DNA of 42,903 bases from Klebsormidium nitens (taxonomy: Eukaryota; Plantae; Klebsormidiophyceae), in NCBI GenBank assembly GCA_000708835.1, contig DF237017.1:34964-77866 (forward strand), given 5' to 3'. Within the stretch, counting starts at the first letter, position 1; each line of letters begins with the position of its first letter. Made by a program: the position numbers and the translations under genes. The notes under the pieces were generated by a model that worked only from the letters and a program-made list of their open reading frames with translations, searched no databases and was not told the DNA's origin. Shown one piece after another: positions 1-10,400 of the stretch.

Positions 1-272
1 CAAGAGAACTGAAATCATTGAGGACAAAAGGGGAGCTCTGATGGTTTGGATGGCGTCTTTTCATCAAGGAGGCTCACCGGTTTGGAAGCAAGGTCGAAAC
101 CTTGGCGAGGAGAGGAGCTGAATGAACACAGTCTGCTCCATACTGCAGACTTATCATTCAAATGACGAGGGAACTGAAAGAAGTGCTATTCGGATACAGT
201 GAACCTTGGCTCATGGTTCGACCGTCCTAAACAACAGATTCTGCCGCCCTCTCAAGAAGGCACGCTTGCAAG

Positions 273-3188
273 ATGGTGCAGGTAGGTTCTGTTAACAAGG
301 CCAGGTTTAGCTCGACAAGTTCGTTGATTCGATATGTTCTCCATTTACGGAGCCTACGCAACTCTCAACACCCTGATGTATGGGGCGTATGTCTTCAATC
401 ACGTCCAGTCTTCAATCACGTCCAGTATTAGTGCAGGGGAAGTTGCAGAAGAACGCCCCTGCTTCTGCCCAGTTGCTGACTTCAAGGACGTTCTTCCATC
501 TTTGGACATCCTCCCACTCCTTGCTGAGCTGGCCAAAGATGGTTAGAGCACGAATGCTGCACCAGAACCCATATGGTCTGTTACATGTCTTCAATCTGCT
601 ATGTTGGGATGAGCGGCGGTGGGCGTGAGCAACACCAACACAAAGTTTGACATGCCCTAAAATCTTCACTCATCCTGAAACCCCCAGCCAATCCCATTTC
701 CTAGCCAACAGCCAAAGTTTACGCCTACTTTGTGTCTCATTGATTTTCAGGTTCATGGCATTGAGCTGTCAGAAGAGGAGGTGGCTGAGTTTCGGGAGGT
801 CTTCAACCTAGTGGACAAGGATGGGGGAGGGACGCTCTCAGCCGTGGAGGTAAGCTTTACCTTGTTCCGATAACTTAATAGACAGGAAGTAAAGCTTAAT
901 GAGCTCTGAGCTTATTGACCTCATCGATCGAACTCATTGATCTGGTTCTTTTTGGCAGGGCTAGTCAATTAGGGGAACCTTAATCAAGTCGGGTTACCTG
1001 GGCATACGGCTGCCTGAGAGCTTTAGCTCAGGCTCTTCTTATTACGTGCAGCTTTCTTTCCCGATGCTATTCTTCATAACACCGCAACTGTGAATGGTAC
1101 TTATGCAGGCATGACTCGAAGCAGAGTAGACATCTCTCACATGAATCTGAGCAATTTATCATGTCCCATCCTATGAATCGTCTGAGGTCAAGAAGTTCCT
1201 CCCGCCAACAATTACTTCCATTTTTGACGTGGACTATTTATTTCGCGATGATTCTGGATGCGTGTCTTGTTGCAGCATCGTCAAAGCCTCCCTCAATGCC
1301 CCTGCTGTGAATCAGGACAGGGACTTGCATCTTTCTCAGTCAAGTACTTTGATGAATGTGCTTGCAAGGACCTTTACACACCTCAAAGACAATTCCTGCC
1401 TTAACAGCATTTTAGCTCAGATTGCACTTCACAACGAATTTCAAAGAAACTTTCCTGTGACCATCTGGAAACCATCCAAACCGCCCCTGCGTTTCAGCGG
1501 TCAAAGCACAGGTAAAAATGCGGCTTGCCTGCATGAAACCCAAGCAAAGCATCTTCTGCTCTCGTTAGTCTGTCCCTGAAGGAGATTCAACGTCTGCAAG
1601 GCTTTGAGGCACTTTAAACATTGCGTCGCAGATCCTGGAGCTGATGAAGATGCTGGGCCTCAACTTTACCGAGGAGGAGATTCAGGGCATGATTGCAGAG
1701 ATCGACGTTGATGGGGACGGCGACCTTGATTTTGATGGTGAGCACGCATGCGGGGTTGTGCAGCTACTCGCTTTCAACCTTCTGACTTGAGCTCTCGGCC
1801 TTAGCTCTGAGATACATTGCGATGCGATGAAGTGTATTCAAAGAGGGGCGCGGCGAACACGGAGGAGTGGTTTTTTCGAGCGAATTTGAAAAGAAGGCGT
1901 CCAGGTTGAGTGCCGAAGCTTCGACTGCTGACCTTCGTCACTCAAAGAGGATGGCGTGATGATAGATGAAACACTCTGCTTTTGAGCCGTGTCTCCCCGA
2001 CATTTTGATACTGAGACCATCAATACCAACGGGCAACGCTTCTGTAACGATATTGTGACTGTATGCGGGCCACCTTCATCTGCATCAGCAGCTCAAAGCG
2101 GAACCTTTTGAGCCGACCATCAAGAACTTTGGTGTCCTGAGATAAAATTTTGATCATACACCCAGGTTCTCATCAGTGTGTTTCTTTTGCGACTACAACG
2201 AAGACTGGTCTTCTATCCTTTCTCTTAGCAGTGTCTCCATGGCAGCATCTTTGAGCTAGATTCGAAAATCCTTTTACCTGTCTTTTCCTTTGCAAGTGTC
2301 TTGGATGGCAGCAAAATCAGGAATGTACTTCCCGCTTGTTCACTTGAGTCCGCGGCACCTCTACTTTGCGATTAAAACGGATCCCATTGTGCCTAACACA
2401 AGGCCAACCTCTTGAGTATCGTTTAGGGCACTTGCCTCTGAACACATCGTATGGGTTTTGTGCCTCGCAGAGTTTATGCTCGCGATCACAGGCTCGCAGA
2501 ACGAGGCCTACACTAAACGCCAGATGATCGCCTCGTTCAAGGTAAGCTTCTTTCCAGTCGATACTCCTCTACCTTAGTCACTCGATTCTGTCTCTTCACA
2601 ATATTGGTTTCCATCTGAGGAAGGCGTGCACTGTTCCGGAATTGTGCAACGGCCTTCGTGTAGCTTTGACGAGATTCGATAGGGCTCTTGTCATCCATAG
2701 TTATTCTAGTGTCTCTGCAAAATCATTCTTTTTCCGGATATACGTTGACGTCCCCGCGACGGCACTGCGAGACGTTCATCAGGGTGTCGTCGTTTCCCCA
2801 AACGTTGGAGTTGACACTGGGACCTTCGTACAGCGGGGACACGCCCTTTGTGTCAAGGCGCTGTATAGGTGCGTACTATACTGACCGGACGAGTCGTAGA
2901 CAGATACCGCGGTACCGTACTGCTTCACTAGCGCGGGAGGGTACCGGGGTCTCGACAGCCACGTGAAAGTCGAGACTTGCAAACTTACAGACTCTACTGC
3001 AGATGTTTGCGGACAAGTCCGAACCCCAGGGATTTATCTCTCCGTTGGCGATCGAGAAAGCTCTTACGACATACTGCTCCGAGAAAGTGAGCGTCGAAGA
3101 GGCGGTCGAGCTGGTGGCTCAACTCAAGACGAACCACGACGGGAAGGTGCACTACATTGAAAAGATAGACATGTTTTTGAGCAAGTAG
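273..3188 (+). CDS. Calmodulin-like EF-hand protein, about 156 aa, 5 exons (273-281, 751-849, 1632-1737, 2471-2541, 3003-3188)
   Basis: All introns are GT-AG and phase-consistent. Spliced protein: MVQVHGIELSEEEVAEFREVFNLVDKDGGGTLSAVEILELMKMLGLNFTEEEIQGMIAEIDVDGDGDLDFDEFMLAITGSQNEAYTKRQMIASFKMFADKSEPQGFISPLAIEKALTTYCSEKVSVEEAVELVAQLKTNHDGKVHYIEKIDMFLSK. Two canonical EF loops (DKDGGGTLSAVE, DVDGDGDLDFDE) and two degenerate C-lobe loops. The 9-nt first exon (ATG GTG CAG|GTAGGT) is the least certain part. Confidence 0.9.
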
Positions 3189-4471
3189 ACAGACGGAGAC
3201 TTGAGAGCGTGATTACTCGACATGAGTCGTCGGGTTGAGTCTATGTTCGTGCTGAATGAAAAGAGCACTCGAGCGCGTGCGATGTTACTGTTTAGATGTA
3301 ATGCGTTGAGTTCAAGGGTATGTCAGAATCGAAGTGAATCAGAAAGTGGATCTGTAGGTGCTTTAAAGGAAATATTAGGGTCTCTAGCTAGTGGGTCAGC
3401 CAGAAATGAGTCGCTCGTGCTTATCTTTGTCCTTTCAGTGGCGCTACTTTGCACGGCGCAAATCGGTGAAAGTGCTCCAGGGCCTGCAATTACAGATGGC
3501 CGGTGCTCAGTTCTCACGGATCATGCACAATTGAGTCGCTTGCGCTAAGTTTTGGGCTCTGCAGACATATGCATGTGCGTTGTACATTGAGTCAGTACGG
3601 TTCTGCAACAATGTGCCCCGCCCAGTATTAAAGCAGCACAGGCTCAGTCGCATTTGAATGTATGCAACAATTTCCATGCTGTAGCGGCCTAGAGTATGCG
3701 TTGGGACATTCTGATGAAGTACGTGCACACCCCATGTTCACATGTTGCGGTTGCATAGCCTGCCAAAACGCTGGACTCTTCGCTTTGTACACGTACCACA
3801 TGTGGTAACTAGTTGGTCTCGAGTATGGCCGGCCCGACGCCAACTTACATATGAGCATTTACTGCAGCTGGTACGCCGGCGCGACGCTATGTTCATGCAG
3901 TTGCCCACGTACATATGTGACCGCCTGCACATGTGTGTGTACCGTTAGTACCTGCCGCCATGATCAGATCCTCAGGCTCATGCATGAATCGGAGTGTCCG
4001 ATCACTATGAGGTTTCGTTAATATCGACCACTTTGGTCACCGGGTGCTCGACGTCATACGCCGGATCCCCACGAGTCACAGTGATGTAGGATGATCATTC
4101 TAGTGTAGTGCTACGAAAGTATATACTAGTCACCAGGCCGCCGGTTTATAGTCGATGTTACGGTGCACATGCATGTCAGCTTTAGTCACCATGCATGCAA
4201 CAAGCATACTAACGAAGTCCCCAGTGACCACGTAGCAAGAAGACTCTTCGGCCATCTGCCCTTTATGGCAATGCATGTATAACTGAGTGCCGCGGACTTG
4301 ATCGTTTGGGGGCTCAACTGCAAGCAATGAACGTTCCGATCCTGCCCAGCCGTTTGCTTCTTACATGGCACTACAGCAAGAGTGTTGGTAAATTGCTCAA
4401 TACGTCCGCAGTCGTCTCTTTTGACGCGATGCAAGGGAAAAGCACCCATATGCGATAAGACGATCCAGCTT

Positions 4472-7400
4472 CTATGCAGCCAGCCCTTTCCCGTGACACT
4501 TCTTCCACTTCTTGCCTGACCCACAATTGCACACGTCATTCCTGCCCTGCTTCGCCTTTGACTCCACCTTCCCCTTGACCACGCTCCTCAGCCGCTGATC
4601 CGCACTCTTCCCAACCTCCCGCAGAAGGTCCTCATTTTCGATCAAGTCCGCAATCCCTTTCGGCTTCACATTGTTTCCGCCACTCTTCTTCTCGTCCGTA
4701 CTTGTGTCCGTCGTCAGCACGAGCTCATCCACAGGCACTTCCAAAAACTGCTCCGAGGTTTCGCTAAACCCGCCCCCAAACTCGGGCGTGTCCTCGCCAA
4801 ACTCCTCCCCAAACCCTGCGCTGACCGACGCCGTTTCTTCCTGCAGCGGCGCGATGTTCGGCACGACTTCTGGCATCCGTACGGACCGCTTGTCCGACTT
4901 CCGCTTCGCTTTTGCCGGCCCGAAGAAACCCCGCGCTAACCCGCTGTTGCTGCCCCCGTGCTTAACCCGACCCCCCTCCTTCCCACTCGGTTGGCTCGTA
5001 AAGATCGGTGTGAACGGGACCGAACCCAGCCCAAATGGACCTGCGCTCTCGCTTTTACCAGCTGCCGCGTCCGTATTCACACCGGGCCCACCTTTTGAGG
5101 CCCCGTCCGTTGAAAAGCCGCCAAACGGACCCGTCTTTTCGGTAGGAAGGAAGAGCGGTTCCGGCTGAGATGGGGCCTCCAAGTCCTCGTCCTCCAGGAA
5201 CGACTCATCTGGCAGAGGGTTAGGCGAACCGCCCGGGTTAGGCAAACCCGTCCCCAAAACGGATTCCCAGACGTCGTTGTCGAGCGCCGTCTCCAGGGGC
5301 CGGTTGCTCAGCAGCCGAGACAGCTCCTCCAGCTGGCTCTCTCGTGTGAATGCGCCCCCGGCCTGTGCGAAACTGCTTCCGTCTTGTGTGAATGCGCCCC
5401 CGCCCTTCGCAAACACGCCCCCGTTTTGTGTGAATACGCCACTGGCCTCCGAAAGCCCGCCACCGAAACTTCCCGGGGCCGCGCTGTCAGATGCGTGGTG
5501 AGTGGACCGTTTCTTTCCTCGAGCCGCCGTCTCTGGCACGCCCGCATTCGCACCCCCCAATGACAAGTCCTCTGGAGAATGTGATTTTCCCCCGAAGTCG
5601 AGTGCAATCTTCTCTCGAGAACCGCTCGCAAGCCCCGAACCATCAGACGCCCCTCCTCGGACTCTTCCGCTTTCGCCAACTTTGACCTGCTCCTCCGCTT
5701 CGGTCTCAAGTTTCTCCCCGCCTTGCTCCTCCAATGCTGACGTCACCTGTACGGGAGCTACCTGCGAGGCGCCCGGCTGCGAGACGAGCGCCGGGGCGGG
5801 AGTGCTCTTCATCGGGTGCCGTTTCACACCTGCCCCGCCGTTCTGCGCTGTGCGAACCGCCGCCGGCGCTGCCGCCGCTTTGCGTTCGCTCTGAGCCGTC
5901 CGATTCTCTCGCCGCACATCTGCAGCGGTCCGTTTCCGGCTTTCCGTGCCCGGACTCTTCCGTTCGTTTGACCTAGCCCGTGGAGGGGTGCCATCCGCGT
6001 TAGGCAGCGCATTCCAGGCGCCTGCCGAAGTGCCCGGATGTGCGCCTGCGCTCGTTTTGGGGGTCGGCTGGGAGGATGGAATCCGCTCTGTAGACGTTCC
6101 GCTCCCGTCACCCTTTGTTACGCTTTCATCGGCGCCGCTCCGCCCCTCGTTCGCCTGCCGCCCGGGCACTTCCGGGATTCCATTCCGGCCGAGCGTCGCC
6201 GGATCCCCATTCCGGCCAACCTCCGGCGACTGATCCCCCCGGCTGGCGGCGGTTTCCAACCCTTGCAGACCCTCGGACACTGCTGCGGCAGGGTATGGTT
6301 CCGCCAACAGAACCGAGTCCGCAAACCGCGCCCCTTCCTCGTCCTCGACACTGCTGGGTTTCGCGGTCTCCCCAACGGTCCCAACTGCGGGCGGCGTTGT
6401 TGATGTTTCCCCGGGCGCTGTGGAGACGGTCTCAGGCGGTGTGAATGCGTTTTCAGGTGGTGTGAATGCGTTCTCCTTGTCGGCCTCCTGCAACATCCGC
6501 GCCACGACTCCTTTGGTGTAAATGGCCTCCAGCTCCTCTACCGACCCGTTTGCTTCTGAGCTCGCTTCCGCTGACGTCATCTCCTCCCCATTTTCCGTAC
6601 CGTTGGCACGGGGCCCGTTGGCGCTGTCTGCGGCTGCACCGTTGACACTACCGATTGAGTCGGACGACGATGTGACGTCGCCGTTCGACTGGAGGGGGAT
6701 CCCTTCGGACGTCAGCACGGAACTCGGGCTGGCGGAGCGGCTGGCAGACGCAATTTTGGACGGGAGTTTAGACGGAGCGGTGCCGTTTCTGGACGGGGGG
6801 ACGGTTTTCGGGGGAGATTGGATGAGGGGAGCGGGATGAGGCTCGGACCTGCAAGAGGTGACTGAAGTCAATTACGAGAAACCAACCTCTCAAAAAGCTT
6901 GTGCAACACTTACGTATTGGATTCCGAGGTGGTTCTCCAGGAACGAAAGAAACTCCAAAGACTAGGATTCTGTGATCTAGAAAACTGTGCTGTTCAGCTG
7001 TAAAGGGGACGAGACAACGAGTTCCGAAGCGCTGACGCCGCACATGAACATATTCCCTTTTACGCGAAACAACTCATGCTCATATAATGCTGCCGGCAAG
7101 TAACCCTCAGGCGACTAAAAGGAAAATACGACTCAAAGTAAAAGGAGACGGAAACACAAAACACCGAACGAAGGGACCAAACAGAGAAAGCCCTCAAAAG
7201 GGCCCTCAAGCACACAAACCGACTTTTTAGAAACCGTCTTGACGACGAACGAAGGAACGCAAATCGAGATGGATCGAGGAGCCACAAAAGTCTGGGACAT
7301 GCCGAAAGTGACCTGGCAAACAAGGAAGCCCCGGCTTGAGTCCTTTCTCAAAAAACGAGCATCTCAAGGACCAAAGCGAAATTTTTACCGTCTCAAATGG

Positions 7401-10400
7401 GCCACGAATCCTCTGCGAAAAGGGGAAAGGGAGCCCCTCACAGTGTGAAGAAAAGCTACGTACGCTTTCGGCTGCGGTCTTACACACTTCTCTGACAAAT
7501 GAATGTTGTATCTCACTTGGCGTAGCATAGCATGCACGCCTTCTCCTGTAGTCTCTACTTCACTTGTCTATGTATTACTAATCATCCAAGGAAAAAACCT
7601 CTCACCGAGCGTAAAAGAGCATGTACGCCTTCTGCGCCAGCACGGTGTCGATTGTGGTCGCCTTGACGTCGCTATCGTCCGCCTCGTACCAGCGTCCGGA
7701 CGCGTCCTTGACGAAGCACAGGTAGTGTCCGAAAAAGGTCGAGTTGAGCATGTCCAGATGCACGACCACGCCGTACAGGTGATATGGCCCGGGCTTGTCT
7801 CCCTGCACCAGTCAAAGAATGTTTCCAACTCCGTTATAGCAATTTGAAACACAGGTAATCTCCGAAGAATGTCGAATTCACCATGTACACATGCACGATC
7901 ACGCCGTAAAGGTGGTACGGGCCCTGCAACAAATGAATGGTGTTTCTTATGCCTAACCACGCGAAAGATATAACCAAAAATCAGGCAACTCATTCAAGGA
8001 GGGAGAGGAACAGCCTGGGGCTGGTAAGGTTGTTCGGAAAGTTGAGGGGAGAATTATGGGTGCGAATTTAAAGATTTGGATATCAGATGATTCATCTCTT
8101 GTTGCTCACAAATTTACCGCTTCTGTTTGAAGATTGGAAGAAAGAGAGCGTCAGCCACGTCCGTTTGCTGCTTCGTTCCTCCTGCGTCAACTTGCTTGAG
8201 TTGACGCTACTCAGTGTTGGTCAAGTTCAACCTTAATCTAATCGCACAAGCACTTTTCAGTGACGTGCAGCGCGAGTGATCGACAATCCAATCTCCATCA
8301 AGTGTAGCAGCCACCTTTCACAAAACACCCAGAAACATTGCTCGATATAGTGTAAAGGCAAGGAGCCTGCCTGAAGGGGCTAGCCAACAAAACACTCGCA
8401 AATCGACGCATCTTGCCACTGGTGGGATTTTAGAAGATCCCAAAACCCCGGTCAAACAAAAGGAATCATGAAACTGAGTGTATACCTTGCCGCTCATGAA
8501 CGGAGTCAGATTCAGCGTCTCGGGATACGCGATGGCCTTGTTCACCTTGCCGAAGTGGCCCCCCTGCAAAGGGCGATAAACAAGTACTCGTCTCAGAGTC
8601 AAAGAAAAGGTCGTCATCTTTCTTCGATTAGCATGTTCTGATCTTCGACTTTGCGATAACCAGCTGCTGATTAGCATCTTTGTAATGCACCCAAGGACGG
8701 CGAACCAGATTGAAACCAGTCCCGTCATCAGACGCTTGAGCCTTGTCATGCAAAGCATATCCAACACGATGCAACTTACACTGCGTCGACTGCCCCGCGT
8801 CGAAAGAGGACACGTCAGCACGTCAGCAACCATCTCACCCCCTATATTAAAAATCCCCACGAAGCTTCCGACTGCTCGGCGGATAGCTCGCCCTCTTCGG
8901 AGAGCCTTCCGTCATTGGTGAAAAGCAACCTCCCTAGCCTGGACTTGTTTATCCCTCAAATACTCAAGGCCGAGTACCCTGGAGTATCAAACTCTACAAA
9001 CTCACCTGGAACCGCTTTAGCACGATGGAGAGCATATTAGGCCCCTCGTGGATGCTGAGCCGCTTGCAGCCCTTCACATAGTCGTTGCACCTGGAAGGGT
9101 GTCGGCAACAGAGCATTTAGTGGCGGTTAGCGAGGCAGCTGGCAGAGGGCTTTAGCACTGGGATTAAGAAGACGGTTAAAACGGCAAAACAGCAAGGCAG
9201 CTCGAATAGGTTTTTCGCACGAATACCCCATGAAAAATTCGGCGGGTAGCCAAGTTGGGCCAATACAGACGCGTCGATCTCTCCTCAGCCCCCCAGCCAA
9301 CCAGCACTTTGATCGAAAAAGAGGGAAATAGCAATTCTTAAGCAACTTCTTCCCGGACCGCTTGGCGATTCGAGTGGGCTGTGTGGCGTTGTTCTGGATC
9401 GAGCACAGAAATAAAGCTCCAACATCCATTCTTTTGACACCGACTATGTATTTGAACCCGAACAAGACATCTGTCCGGCCCTTATCAATGTTCAAACCGC
9501 TCCAGATCAAGCTGAACCATGCCGATAAATGCTGAGAGCTCCACCACCGGTAATACTTCCCAAAACATAACATCGATTTGTGTAAAAGCTAACCACGTAC
9601 TTAAAGACAACCGAAAATTTAGTACAAAATTAGTGTATTGTACGTGTATCACTATGCTTCATCTGCTGACGTCAATAATAGCACTGTTAATTGCCGGATA
9701 ATGAAGCAGTCACGGATGCACGACTCACTTGTCACATTTGTACTTGTTGTCTCCGTCCAGCCACTCTGGGCTGGTGAAGGTGTGAAGAGCCCCCTCGAGC
9801 GAGTTCACACTTCCCGTGATCTCGACCGTCAGATCGAGCACGCTTTCGTACGTGTTGGACTCCGAAAGGCAGGCCATGCACTTGACCTGCGACCAAGAAA
9901 GTGGTGTCATAAATTCAGGTCTACGAAATGCGTCCCTGTGGTTGCTAAAAACGCATCAAACCCATGCCGAGTGAGGCGATCGGCAATCTTCCTGCAGCTG
10001 AGAACAACGAACACTGTGCAAATGGGCAACCTTTTCTGACTCAAAGAAGAACCATCGGCGCGAAGCCGCTCTACGCTTCCTGACGAAAAGTTGTTGGGGG
10101 TGGACTTTCGAACAGAGGGCTTTTGAAAGTTGATCTTACCAACCGCTATATGAAAGTTCTCTCTGATCTTGAAAACCCCCAACTGATGTCCCAGAAGCTA
10201 TGCAACAGCACCTTCTAGAAGAGAGTGTTCGTCCAACTTCCGGTAAAAAAATTATCGGGCAAATCAGTGAACACTTGCATATCTAAAGACCCTCAGGAAG
10301 GCCGTCATCTAACTAATGCGTACATGCTGCCAGACTTGTCTCCACGGGAAGACTCAAAGCTTTATGACAGGTATCCACACTATTAGAGCAATACGGCATG

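Noticed and set aside
334-669. Short ORFs and a 17-bp direct repeat (TCTTCAATCACGTCCAG twice) in CML intron 1
   Set aside because: No recognisable protein or transposon signature.
2913-2923. TACCGTACTGC matches the MITE end
   Set aside because: Only 11 bp. The nearest partial inverted partner (about 3593-3601) would enclose the CML last exon, so chance is likely.
4472-6871. 799-aa ORF as SecA or a stand-alone gene
   Set aside because: It has only the SEC-C motif, with no DEAD motor or translocase domains. The rest is low complexity, and a phase-compatible acceptor at 6848 links it to the USP gene.
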